Below, piece after piece: positions 1 to 9,486 of a stretch of 64,000 bases of DNA. Position 1 is the stretch's first letter. The number at the start of each line of letters is the position of its first letter. The stretch is from a bacterium (lineage in GTDB: Bacteria; Patescibacteriota; Patescibacteriia; Patescibacteriales; Patescibacteriaceae): positions 2,882 to 66,881 of the forward strand of contig DAORIW010000002.1 of NCBI GenBank assembly GCA_035438725.1, written 5' to 3'. A model generated the notes under the pieces. It was not told where the DNA came from. It was given only the letters and a program-made list of their open reading frames with translations, and searched no databases. Made by a program: the position numbers and the translations under genes.

Positions 1-1884
1 ATTAAAATCGATAATCATACCGCCAATAAGATTATTCGTTCCTGGGGAATGCTATCTCGTCGTCTAGCTTCTCGCCGAGCGGCTGAGCCAAAAGTAAAAT
101 TAGTCGCACCGGCTGATGTTACTGTTATTGCGGTGCCTCCTTTTATAACCGTTAAAGATTTTTCGGCATTAGTAAAATTACCAATCAATAAAATTCTTGG
201 TGAATTGATGAAAAACAATATTTTTGCTTCGATGAATGAAAAAATTGATTTTGAAACAGCGGCCGTTATTGGGGCTGATTTAGGAGTAGAAGTAACACCG
301 TTGGGTACGGAGACTGATTCAATGGAAACTCAGTCAGCTCAAGATAAGATTAGAACTTCGATGATTGATAATGAATCTAAAACATTAATGACAAGACCAC
401 CGGTGGTTGTTATTATGGGTCACGTCGATCATGGTAAAACAAAATTATTAGATACTATTCGTCATAGTAATGTTGTTGCTTCTGAAGCCGGCGGTATTAC
501 TCAACATATCGGTGCCTATCAAATTACTCATAATGAAAAAGCGATTACCTTTATTGATACTCCTGGTCATGAAGCTTTTACGGCGATGCGTAACCGCGGT
601 GCTAAAGTTGCTGATTTGGCGGTTTTAGTTGTGGCTGCAGATGACGGTGTTAAACCGCAAACTATTGAAGCCTATCGAATTATTGAAGCGGCTAAAATTC
701 CTTTTGTGGTGGCTATTAATAAGATTGATAAGAGCGACGCTAATCCTGAAAAGGTAAGACAAGAGTTATCTTCGATGTTGAATATTTTAGTTGAAGACTG
801 GGGAGGTAAAACTATTTCCGTTCCGCTTTCAGCCAAAACTGGTGAAGGTGTTCCAGCTCTCTTAGATATGTTGTTACTGATGACTGATTTACAGGCAGAT
901 ACATTACAGGCAGATCCAAGTACATCAGCTGTTGGCACAATTATTGAATCTCGTCTTGATAAAGGTGAAGGTGCGATCGCGACGGTATTAGTGCAAAATG
1001 GAACTTTGCGGGTCGGTGATCCAATTATATTTAATGGTTTCGCCGCTGGTAAAGTTCGCGCTTTAAAGGATTTCACAGGCCTTTCCGTGGAGCAGGCCAT
1101 TCCCGGTACTCCTGTAAAACTTATTGGTTTAAAATCTGTTCCCGAGGTAGGAGATATTTTAGAAGTAGGGGAAGGTGAAAAGAATAAAACAAAGAGCTAT
1201 AGTGCTACTCGTCAGACAATCGCTCTTCCGGTTATTGAAAATGAAAATGGAGAAGAATCTGAACCAGTTGAGACTATTTCCTTGATTATAAAAAGTGACA
1301 TGTTAGGTTCCGGTGAAGCAATTGAGAACTCGTTATCAAAAATCGATAGCCAAGGTGTAAAAGTAAATATTATTAGTAAAGGTTTAGGTAATATTACTGA
1401 AGGTGATATTGTTCGGGCTGAAACTAATGGTGCAAATATTTTTGGTTTTAACGTAAAGGTTTCGCCACAAGCAGAAAATCTAGCTCGCGATAAGGGTGTG
1501 TCAGTAAAATTATATAAAGTTATCTACGATTTGATTAACGACGTTAAGACAACCATTCAAGAATTAGTAAAACCAGAAGTCGAGCGGGTTGATCTTGGTC
1601 GATTAAAAGTTATGGCTATTTTTCGAACGGAACCAAAAATGCAAATTATTGGTGGTCGAGTGCTGGATGGTGAAATTAAAGCTAATGCTTTTGTGGAAGT
1701 TATGCGTGAAAAAGAATTAGTCGGTGAAGGAAAAATTACTAGTTTGCAAAGTGGTAAAGTGGAAGTGCAGCGAGTGGAAACTAATCAGGAGTGTGGAATG
1801 CGTTTTGAAGGTAAAGCGATTATTGAAGAAGGAGATATTTTAGCCTTCTACGAGGAAAAGCAAATTATTAAGAAAGTAGGTTAA
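1..1884 (+). CDS. infB: Translation initiation factor IF-2 (5' end outside window; frame is open from nt 1)
   Basis: GTPase motifs VVVIMGHVDHGKTKLLD, DTPGHEAF, NKIDK; full IF-2 C-terminal domains; no stop upstream of the tracked Met in the same frame. Confidence 0.95.
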   Translation: MKIDNHTANKIIRSWGMLSRRLASRRAAEPKVKLVAPADVTVIAVPPFITVKDFSALVKLPINKILGELMKNNIFASMNEKIDFETAAVIGADLGVEVTPLGTETDSMETQSAQDKIRTSMIDNESKTLMTRPPVVVIMGHVDHGKTKLLDTIRHSNVVASEAGGITQHIGAYQITHNEKAITFIDTPGHEAFTAMRNRGAKVADLAVLVVAADDGVKPQTIEAYRIIEAAKIPFVVAINKIDKSDANPEKVRQELSSMLNILVEDWGGKTISVPLSAKTGEGVPALLDMLLLMTDLQADTLQADPSTSAVGTIIESRLDKGEGAIATVLVQNGTLRVGDPIIFNGFAAGKVRALKDFTGLSVEQAIPGTPVKLIGLKSVPEVGDILEVGEGEKNKTKSYSATRQTIALPVIENENGEESEPVETISLIIKSDMLGSGEAIENSLSKIDSQGVKVNIISKGLGNITEGDIVRAETNGANIFGFNVKVSPQAENLARDKGVSVKLYKVIYDLINDVKTTIQELVKPEVERVDLGRLKVMAIFRTEPKMQIIGGRVLDGEIKANAFVEVMREKELVGEGKITSLQSGKVEVQRVETNQECGMRFEGKAIIEEGDILAFYEEKQIIKKVG

Positions 1885-1888
1885 GCGT

Positions 1889-2212
1889 ATGTCACGGATG
1901 GAACAAGTTAATGCCACCCTTCAGCAGGAGTTGGCTTTTTTAGTAGCTGAACATATTCATCTTAAAGGTGGTTTGGTAACGATTGTGTGGGTTGATTGTA
2001 CGCGCGATCTGCGAGAAGCAACAATCGCTGTTTCAGTTTTACCGGAAAAATTTGCCGGTACCGTTCTCGGACAGTTACGACAAAAATCGGGAATTTTTGC
2101 TTCACAACTGCGTAAACGAATACGCATGAAACGACTACCGTCATTTCGTTGGGAACTAGATACGACGGAAAGTAATGCGGCGGTTCTCGAGGATATTTTT
2201 CAGACTCTGTGA
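1889..2212 (+). CDS. rbfA: Ribosome-binding factor A
   Basis: 107 aa, typical RbfA length and pattern, directly after infB as in the conserved infB-rbfA arrangement. Confidence 0.88.
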   Translation: MSRMEQVNATLQQELAFLVAEHIHLKGGLVTIVWVDCTRDLREATIAVSVLPEKFAGTVLGQLRQKSGIFASQLRKRIRMKRLPSFRWELDTTESNAAVLEDIFQTL

Positions 2213-3177
2213 TTACTTCTTCATATTCTCAACTAATCGACCGTTTAGCCGCGGCGAAAAATATTTTATTAATTACTCATATTTCTCCCGATGGTGATGC
2301 TTTGGGTTCGCTTGGATTTATGAGCGAATGGCTATCAGTACTACATAAAAACTATACTTCGTATACGGCCGGTCCTTTGCCGTCGACTCTTTCTTTTTTA
2401 CCAAATTACCATGAATTTATAACTGATAAAGAAAAAATTAAAGTTGAAGAGTATGATGTAATTATTAGTTTAGATTGTGGAAGTGTCGCTCGTACTAATA
2501 TCGCTACGGAAATAAAAAATCGACGGCCTGATCAGTTTTTTATAGAAATAGATCACCATCCAGCAATTGAAAAAGCCTCAGATTTAGAAATACGTGAACC
2601 GACAGCCGCTGCCACGGCAGAAATTTTATATAAAATTTCACAAACCGCTCACCTTCCGTTAACTCCCAGGATGTCACATTGTTTATTGACCGGTATTTTA
2701 ACAGATACCGGAAATTTTTCTTTTTCCGTTACCAGTGAGCATACGATAGCCGCCGCTGCTCAGATGTTACTGCAAGGGGCAAGTTTACCAAAAATTATTG
2801 ACCGTACCTGGCGGACAAAAAAATTACCTGATTTGAAATTATGGGGATTAGCTTTATCTCGGTTAAAACTTTTGCCTCGATATGGTGTTACGTATACCCA
2901 TATTTCTTCCACCGATCTTAAAGAGACTCAAAGTGATCATGAGGCGCTTGAAGGTTTACCTGAATTTATCTCGGCTTTGCCCGATACGCAGGCCATCATG
3001 GTTTTGTTTGATGATGAAAAGGGGATGATTCATGGAAATTTACGAACAACTCAAAATAACATTGATGTTGGAGCATTAGCGAGGCGACTCGGGGGTGGTG
3101 GCCACCGTAAAGCGGCCGGTTTTAGTCTGACCGGAAAATTAATTAAGAGTAATAACGGTTGGAGGGTTGAAACTTAG
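2209..3177 (+). CDS. DHH/DHHA1 phosphoesterase (NrnA-like oligoribonuclease/pAp phosphatase)
   Basis: Motifs HISPDGDALGS, IEIDHHP, GGGHRKAAG; GTG start overlaps the rbfA stop (GTGA). Confidence 0.85.
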   Translation: MITSSYSQLIDRLAAAKNILLITHISPDGDALGSLGFMSEWLSVLHKNYTSYTAGPLPSTLSFLPNYHEFITDKEKIKVEEYDVIISLDCGSVARTNIATEIKNRRPDQFFIEIDHHPAIEKASDLEIREPTAAATAEILYKISQTAHLPLTPRMSHCLLTGILTDTGNFSFSVTSEHTIAAAAQMLLQGASLPKIIDRTWRTKKLPDLKLWGLALSRLKLLPRYGVTYTHISSTDLKETQSDHEALEGLPEFISALPDTQAIMVLFDDEKGMIHGNLRTTQNNIDVGALARRLGGGGHRKAAGFSLTGKLIKSNNGWRVET

Positions 3178-3206
3178 GCCTAGACAGGCTACAGTTATAG
3201 ATAGTT

Positions 3207-4904
3207 ATGTCTACAATTACTCAAAAACACGAAGAAGAAGGTCCTCTTACGATTACGCCGGGGGCAAAGAAAATATTTCAAGCGATGTATTTAGAACAGC
3301 ACCCGTCTTCAGGTGATGATGAAACTATTGCTCGACTCCAGGTCTCTGACTTGATTTCCAAGATGGCTTTCTATTATGAAAAAATTCGAAATTCAGTTCA
3401 TTATTCCGAAGAACATTTACTGCGCAAAGATTCCATTTTTCGCATCCTTAAACGTCAGTTAGTTATTGAAGGTTCGGTCCGAGTGGTTCGGGCTGAGGAT
3501 AGCCGCACGCTTGCCCAGCATCTGTTAATTGAGTTAATTCGGGCTGGTTATTTACCAAATAATAAGTTACCCGAAACTAAGATTGATGAAGTCGCTGACT
3601 TGATTAATAAATATATTTCTTTACGAACCTTAGCCTTAAGCGAATCGGCCAGTCAATTTAATTTTTTTTCAAACTCTAAAAAAACCGAGGAAAGTTTCGA
3701 GAACCGAGCTGAATTAACTAATTGGTTAATGGGTTTGGCAGCGGCCGAAATTGAAGAACATATTGGGTATAATCATGCAACCCGAACAATCGTTTTAGCA
3801 ATGTACCGGATGCTTGAAAAAAGAATTGAATTGCCACCCACTTTACCATATAGCAAGGATTTACCGATTCAAATTTATGTCGCAATTTATCGAAACCTTT
3901 TAAAATTTGATGATGACATGTTGTCGTTAATTCTTTTCCGATATTATAATGCCGATTGGCAAGGTGTAACCGACGTATCTTTACGAAAAATTGCTATTCA
4001 GTTACCAACCCTAAAACGAATTATTGATGCCCAGTTAACACATCCCTTATGTGCTCAACTTAATCGAATAACTAGAACTTATACCGTTTATTTTAAAATT
4101 TTAGAAGACGTAGTTCGTGAGGACCCCGTTGGTATTTATGAAAGTTTTAATGAGGATCCAAAATTATTTGATCGCAAGATTAAATTAGCTTGTACTAAAC
4201 GATATAACGATGCTCGTAATACCTTATGGCGGGCCGCCTGGCGTAGTATTATTTATATTTTGATCACTAAGTCGGTTTTTGTGGTATTACTTGAAGTACC
4301 AGCCACACAATTTTTTGGTGAAGTGGTAAATTTTATTTCATTAAGCATTAATATTTCTTTCCCAGCTGTTTTAATATTTCTATCTGCTCTTTTTATTACG
4401 TTACCTAAGGAAGATAATACTCAGCGAATTATTGCCGGAATTGAGGAGATCGTGTTTAATGAAAAGAAGCGACCGGCGATTAAATTACGTAAACCCCGCG
4501 GTCGCCACCCTGTCATGAATGTTATTTTTACCTTAATTTATACGGTGACCTTTTTTGTTTCTTTTGGTTTAACAGTGTGGTTTTTAGAGCTGATTAATTT
4601 TAGTTGGGTTAGTGTTATTATCTTTTTATTCTTCTTGGCTTTTGCTAGCTATTTTATAATTAAAATTCGTCGGACAGCCAAAGAATGGGTAGTAGTAGAA
4701 AAACGAGAAAATATTGTTGGCTTTATGATTGATTTTTTCTCTGTTCCAATTGTCGCCACTGGAAAATGGTTATCGGGAAAATTTGCTCGGCTGAATGTTT
4801 TTGCTTTTGTTCTCGACTTTATTATAGAAGCGCCATTCAAAGTTTTTGTTGAAATCGCCGAGCAGTGGACGAGATATGTAAAGGAAAGAAAAGAAGAATT
4901 ATAA
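3207..4904 (+). CDS. Hypothetical protein, soluble N-terminal ~340 aa plus C-terminal multi-TM region
   Basis: Long ORF in operon context; hydrophobic helices in the C-terminal third; no family recognised. Confidence 0.6.
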   Translation: MSTITQKHEEEGPLTITPGAKKIFQAMYLEQHPSSGDDETIARLQVSDLISKMAFYYEKIRNSVHYSEEHLLRKDSIFRILKRQLVIEGSVRVVRAEDSRTLAQHLLIELIRAGYLPNNKLPETKIDEVADLINKYISLRTLALSESASQFNFFSNSKKTEESFENRAELTNWLMGLAAAEIEEHIGYNHATRTIVLAMYRMLEKRIELPPTLPYSKDLPIQIYVAIYRNLLKFDDDMLSLILFRYYNADWQGVTDVSLRKIAIQLPTLKRIIDAQLTHPLCAQLNRITRTYTVYFKILEDVVREDPVGIYESFNEDPKLFDRKIKLACTKRYNDARNTLWRAAWRSIIYILITKSVFVVLLEVPATQFFGEVVNFISLSINISFPAVLIFLSALFITLPKEDNTQRIIAGIEEIVFNEKKRPAIKLRKPRGRHPVMNVIFTLIYTVTFFVSFGLTVWFLELINFSWVSVIIFLFFLAFASYFIIKIRRTAKEWVVVEKRENIVGFMIDFFSVPIVATGKWLSGKFARLNVFAFVLDFIIEAPFKVFVEIAEQWTRYVKERKEEL

Positions 4905-4912
4905 TTTTTTCT

Positions 4913-5428
4913 ATGGCTATTTTTGACGTCATTGTCATCGTTATTCTTGCCGGCTTTGTTTTTTATGGTTTCTTTTTTGGCCTTATTCGGACGGTCGGAA
5001 TGTTAGCTGGTATTTTAGTTGGTGCTTGGTTAGCTTCTAAGTTATACCTAACGGTTTACGGCTGGGTGAGCTCTTGGCTACCGGGAAGCTCTAATATTGG
5101 AAAGCTGGTTTGTTTTATTATTTGTTTTTCAATTATTAGTCACACCGTGAGTTGGTTATTTATTTTATTTGAACAAGCTTTTAAGCTAGCAACAATCGTT
5201 CCTTTTTTGAAAACTATTAATCGATTACTGGGAGCTATCTTTGGTTTTGTTGAGGGTGCGTTAGCGATTGGTTTAGTTCTGTATGTAGCGGGCCGCTATG
5301 TACCAAGTGGAATGTCAGTAGCTAAATGGCTTGATAGTTCAGCGATCGTTTCTTTTTTAATTGGTTTTTCAAAAATATTAGCCCCGTTTTTGCCAGAGAT
5401 TTATAAAAAGATTCAGTCTTTTATTTAA
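4913..5428 (+). CDS. CvpA-family membrane protein
   Basis: MAIFDVIVIVILAGFVFYGFFFGLIR N-terminus typical of CvpA; start moved to ATG 4913, just after the upstream stop at 4902-4904. Confidence 0.72.
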   Translation: MAIFDVIVIVILAGFVFYGFFFGLIRTVGMLAGILVGAWLASKLYLTVYGWVSSWLPGSSNIGKLVCFIICFSIISHTVSWLFILFEQAFKLATIVPFLKTINRLLGAIFGFVEGALAIGLVLYVAGRYVPSGMSVAKWLDSSAIVSFLIGFSKILAPFLPEIYKKIQSFI

Positions 5429-5431
5429 TAT

Positions 5432-6274
5432 ATGTTTTTTGATACTCATAGCCATGTTAATAGCGAGGCTTTTTTAAATGATGCTGATACAGTTATTAAG
5501 CGCGCCTTGGAAGAAAATACTTCGGTAGTTATTATTGGCACGGATTATAAGTCGTCGAAAAAAGCTCTTGAGCAAGCTAATAAGTATCAGAATAGTGTTT
5601 GGGCAACTGTTGGGTTACATCCGTTATCTATCCAGCCGTCAATTGAAGAAACTTCGACCGGAGTTCGAGAAATACCAGCCGAAAAATTTAATGTTGATAT
5701 GTATGACACCTTGGCAAAATTTCCAAAAACGGTGGCGATCGGAGAAATTGGCTTAGACTATGCTTGGCGAGATACGGATGTTGATCTTGAGAGATTAAAA
5801 AGAGAACAGAAAGTTGTTTTACTTCAACAGTTAGTTTTAGCGAGGCGATTTGATTTACCGGTTATTATTCATTGTCGACAGGCACATGATGACTTAGTTC
5901 CGCTCTTACAAGCTTTTCGACATGAATACAAGGATCGTTTGCCGAAAGATCGACCGTGGGGAGTAATACATTGTTTTTCCGGGGATGAAAATTTAGCTTG
6001 GCAGTATTTTAATCTTGGCTTAATTATTTCATTCACTGGCTTAATAACATTTAGTCAGCGTTGGGATGAATTAATTCGTAAAGTACCGTTAGAAAAAATT
6101 ATGATTGAAACGGATTCGCCTTATATGACGCCAGAACCTTATCGCGGTAAACGAAATGAACCGGTTTTAGTAAAGTATGTTGCCCAGCGGATTGCCGAAA
6201 TTAGGGGAGTAACGGTTGAACAAATTGGGGAGGTCACGACAGCCAATGCGAAGCGAATGTTTAAGTTGAAATAA
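5432..6274 (+). CDS. TatD-family metal-dependent hydrolase
   Basis: MFFDTHSHVN start, GEIGLDY, IHCR, ETDSPYM motifs. Confidence 0.9.
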   Translation: MFFDTHSHVNSEAFLNDADTVIKRALEENTSVVIIGTDYKSSKKALEQANKYQNSVWATVGLHPLSIQPSIEETSTGVREIPAEKFNVDMYDTLAKFPKTVAIGEIGLDYAWRDTDVDLERLKREQKVVLLQQLVLARRFDLPVIIHCRQAHDDLVPLLQAFRHEYKDRLPKDRPWGVIHCFSGDENLAWQYFNLGLIISFTGLITFSQRWDELIRKVPLEKIMIETDSPYMTPEPYRGKRNEPVLVKYVAQRIAEIRGVTVEQIGEVTTANAKRMFKLK

Positions 6275-6287
6275 TTTTAATATTTTT

Positions 6288-6673
6288 ATGGTATTACCTG
6301 ATATCAAAATTTCGTCTCTAATTTCAGAGGGCAAGATTGTAATTAACCCGTTTAATGAAAAACGTTTAACTCCTCAAGGGTATGATATTTCCCTTGAAGA
6401 TTTTAGTATTAAGCCGGGAGAATTTAAAGTTTTTAAAACGTTAGAAAGAATCGAAGTGCCTAATAATTTATTAGCAATTCCTTTTTTGCGGACCACGTAT
6501 GCTTTTAAGGGTTTAAGGGTCATTTAAAAATTGCTTTATATAATAGTGGTACAGAAATTATTGAAGCTGAAAGAAGTGATCATCTTATAGCCCCTCTCCA
6601 TTTAATTTTTATTCAGATTAATGGTGAATCTGGAGTTCCTTTCGGAGGTAGAATTGACGAATATTTAGATTAG
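6288..6673 (+). pseudogene. dCTP deaminase/dUTPase-fold gene, frameshifted and internally shortened
   Basis: The N-terminal 79 aa match the Dcd pattern (I-INPF..P.GYD, ERIEVPNN, RTT). Frame 0 stops at 6525-6527. The homologous C-terminal part (GFKGHLKIALYNSG...LIFIQ) continues in the frame starting at 6518 and runs to TAG 6671-6673. A tandem 8-bp duplication TTTAAGGG (6504-6511 and 6512-6519) lies at the junction. Confidence 0.55.
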
Positions 6674-6679
6674 AAGATT

Positions 6680-7102
6680 TTAAATCGCTTCTCGATAATT
6701 ATTTTCAAAATCTTTTTCAGCTTCTTGACGCTTCATCATGTTGGCTATTAATTTTCCTAAATCTTCTTTAGCCTCATTAAAACTTCTATATACTCCACTT
6801 GTTAATTCACTGTAGTCTGGAATAGTAGTGCCTGATAGGGTTGGTGAGGCATGAATAACAACATAGTCTTCTGGGTCAGCGGAAATTTCTGATTTGTTAG
6901 GCTTGCCAATTTCCGGAACGGCCCAGAATTCAAAAGTAACATTTTCCAATTTGGGATCAAAGGTTGTGCCTTCTCGGATATACAAAGGGGATGGTGATTT
7001 CTTTTCGTGTTCAAACCAACCAAGAATAGCTATATATACATCATTAGCCCGCGGCCTTGGGTTTGGTGTTTCTTTTTCGGAGAATAATTTAGATTCTATC
7101 AT
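6680..7102 (-). CDS. Hypothetical protein (140 aa)
   Basis: ORF only; a terminator from the upstream gene precedes it. Confidence 0.5.
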   Translation of the reverse strand: MIESKLFSEKETPNPRPRANDVYIAILGWFEHEKKSPSPLYIREGTTFDPKLENVTFEFWAVPEIGKPNKSEISADPEDYVVIHASPTLSGTTIPDYSELTSGVYRSFNEAKEDLGKLIANMMKRQEAEKDFENNYREAI

Positions 7103-7144
7103 ACGATTAAGTTGATGATTAATAAAAATAGTATATCATGAATA

Positions 7145-7178
7145 TAAAAAAGCCGTCTTTAGAAGAAATAGACGGCTT
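7145..7178 (-). terminator. Rho-independent terminator after the 7202-7531 gene
   Basis: Stem AAGCCGTCT (7150-7158) / AGACGGCTT (7170-7178), followed on the minus strand by TTTTT. Confidence 0.65.
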
Positions 7179-7201
7179 AAACTTTTTGTTTATGCTCTCT
7201 C

Positions 7202-7531
7202 TTATTGAACCTTTACTCTGATAAACATCTTGTGCTCATCAAATTCATTTATATTAAATTTATTTCCACTGACTTTGTGGAACTTACCTTCCCATAACTG
7301 GACTACTTGAATATCAACTTCGATATTCGCAAATAGTTTTTTCTTCTGAACTTCAGCTCTTATATCATTTATTGATAATGTGTCGGTGTCCATTTCGAAT
7401 ATATCAAGTTCGTTATAGACTTCATCAATTGTGTATGTGTAAGTTCCGGTTGGATCTTGATTTGTGCTCTGCTTAGCGGAAACAGATGAAAGAGAGATAA
7501 AAGTAAATAAGATTACGATAATGATTTTCAT
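7202..7531 (-). CDS. Small secreted hypothetical protein (signal peptide)
   Basis: N-terminus MKIIIVILFTFISLSSVSA is signal-like; own consensus promoter and terminator. Confidence 0.55.
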   Translation of the reverse strand: MKIIIVILFTFISLSSVSAKQSTNQDPTGTYTYTIDEVYNELDIFEMDTDTLSINDIRAEVQKKKLFANIEVDIQVVQLWEGKFHKVSGNKFNINEFDEHKMFIRVKVQ

Positions 7532-7686
7532 TGTATTTTCCTTTCTACCCCTTTGGCGGAGTATTGTTTAATTTATGGTTAATAAACCGCCTTCCTAGAT
7601 CATATCTAAGTATTAAGGCTGTTTCTTAACCATAAACCTCGGAAAGGAAACTATCTAATAAATTGGTAATGAACTGTGATGAATGT

Positions 7687-7715
7687 ATTATATCATATTA
7701 TGTACTATTTGTCAA
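7687..7715 (-). promoter_or_regulatory. Sigma-70 consensus promoter TTGACA-17-TATAAT (minus strand)
   Basis: Plus-strand TGTCAA at 7710-7715 and ATTATA at 7687-7692, separated by 17 nt. Confidence 0.6.
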
Positions 7716-7814
7716 TAGTATATTATGGATTTATTTTTATATTAGCCAAAAATTAGAGTATTTTTGATAGAATATTAATAATTTCTGGTTAATTATTAAA
7801 GAAAGTTGATTTTA

Positions 7815-7843
7815 TTGACTTATCCCTTGAAAGAGCCTATATT
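7815..7843 (+). promoter_or_regulatory. Candidate atp operon promoter TTGACT-17-TATATT
   Basis: TTGACT 7815-7820, TATATT 7838-7843, about 70 nt upstream of the first atp gene. Confidence 0.55.
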
Positions 7844-7911
7844 TACTAAGGGAGCCCATTGGACTCTATATAAACCAAGGACAATCCGGCCTTGTTTTTG
7901 TTTTCTAGTGT

Positions 7912-8175
7912 ATGGCTGAGAATCAAGAAGAGCTAAAAAAAGAACCTAAAAAAGCCTGGTATGTCGATGCTCTCCAGATGTTTACTAAATTATCAGGTTG
8001 GGTATTAGTACCGTTAGTTGTTGGCTATACTCTCGGAAGCTTTCTTGATAGGAAATATAATAGTGAGCCCAAATGGTTTTTTATTTCAATCGGTCTGGCT
8101 TTTATCATTTCAACAATTGGTATTGTCTATCAAGCCCAGAGTGAGTATAAGAAAATAATCCCACCGAAAAAATAA
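7912..8175 (+). CDS. AtpZ/AtpI-like small membrane protein
   Basis: 87 aa, two TM helices, positioned immediately before atpB. Confidence 0.6.
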   Translation: MAENQEELKKEPKKAWYVDALQMFTKLSGWVLVPLVVGYTLGSFLDRKYNSEPKWFFISIGLAFIISTIGIVYQAQSEYKKIIPPKK

Positions 8176-8176
8176 T

Positions 8177-9076
8177 ATGGTAGAATCGCACACTATTTCT
8201 GAAAGTACTGAAGTTAATCAATCCACAACTGAAACATCTCATGAAACCGTGTCGTCAACTGACGGACATGAAGAATTAGTTCATGAGCATACGTTGTTTG
8301 CTGAACCGTTATTTGAACTAGGTCCGTTGACTGTGACTAATTCATTATTAACTTCTTGGCTAGCGTTATTTATTCTGTTAGTTGTTGGTTTAGCTTTTAG
8401 AGCTCAACTCGGAGCCGTACCTAAAAAATTACAGAACATTGTAGAAATGGTCATGGAAAAATTTTTAGAAATTTTTGATGCTGTAACGGGTTCCCGAGAA
8501 CGCTCAATACAGTTAGCACCGTTTGTTATGAGTTTTTTTGTGTTAATTTTAATTAACAATTGGTTAGGATTGATTCCGGGAGTTGGTTCAATTGGACAAG
8601 TAGTTTTACATGAAGGACAGGAAACATTTATTCCTTACTTACGGGGCGGTACCGCTGATTTAAATACTACTCTTGCCTTAGCTTCGATTGCTGTTGTCGC
8701 TAGTCATATTTTTGGAGTAGTAGCCGTTGGTGCTTGGACGTACTTGAATAAATTTATCAACATTAAAGCCATTGCCGAAATTCCAAAAAAATTTTTAAAG
8801 GATCCGACGATTATTATCGTGAATCCCATTAAAGCGTTCGTTGGTTTGATTGAAATTATTGGTGAAGTGGCTAAGATTGCAAGTTTGTCATTTCGTTTAT
8901 TTGGAAATATTTTTGCCGGGGAAGTTTTATTGGCTTCAATGGCGGCGATCATCGCTTTTGCTGTTCCAATCCCATTTATGTTTTTGGAAATTATTGTTGG
9001 ATTGATTCAAGCGCTGATCTTTGCTATATTGGTTTTGATATATGTTTCTATCAGTACTACCGCTGAGGAACATTAG
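8177..9076 (+). CDS. atpB: F0 ATP synthase subunit a
   Basis: SFRLFGNIFAGEVL motif with the conserved Arg; multi-TM; Ser/Thr/Glu-rich N-terminal extension. Confidence 0.93.
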   Translation: MVESHTISESTEVNQSTTETSHETVSSTDGHEELVHEHTLFAEPLFELGPLTVTNSLLTSWLALFILLVVGLAFRAQLGAVPKKLQNIVEMVMEKFLEIFDAVTGSRERSIQLAPFVMSFFVLILINNWLGLIPGVGSIGQVVLHEGQETFIPYLRGGTADLNTTLALASIAVVASHIFGVVAVGAWTYLNKFINIKAIAEIPKKFLKDPTIIIVNPIKAFVGLIEIIGEVAKIASLSFRLFGNIFAGEVLLASMAAIIAFAVPIPFMFLEIIVGLIQALIFAILVLIYVSISTTAEEH

Positions 9077-9090
9077 TAGTTGAAAGTTGT

Positions 9091-9148
9091 AAAGTTATAA
9101 GGTTTATAACGTAGATAGTAAATCAGACGTTATGAACCTTATAACTTT
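9091..9148 (+). promoter_or_regulatory. 22-bp stem-loop in the atpB-atpE spacer
   Basis: AAAGTTATAAGGTTTATAACGT (9091-9112) pairs with ACGTTATGAACCTTATAACTTT (9127-9148); one G.U pair; 14-nt loop. Confidence 0.6.
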
Positions 9149-9186
9149 AAGAACTTTATAACTCAAATTTATTTATTAATTTTTAA

Positions 9187-9402
<216 letters not shown>

Positions 9403-9486
9403 TCTTTTGATGTACTGCCCTCTTTGGGCAGAGATTAAAAGAGTATTAATTGAAATTCGGTCAAAGATCGAATTGACGAAAAGAAT

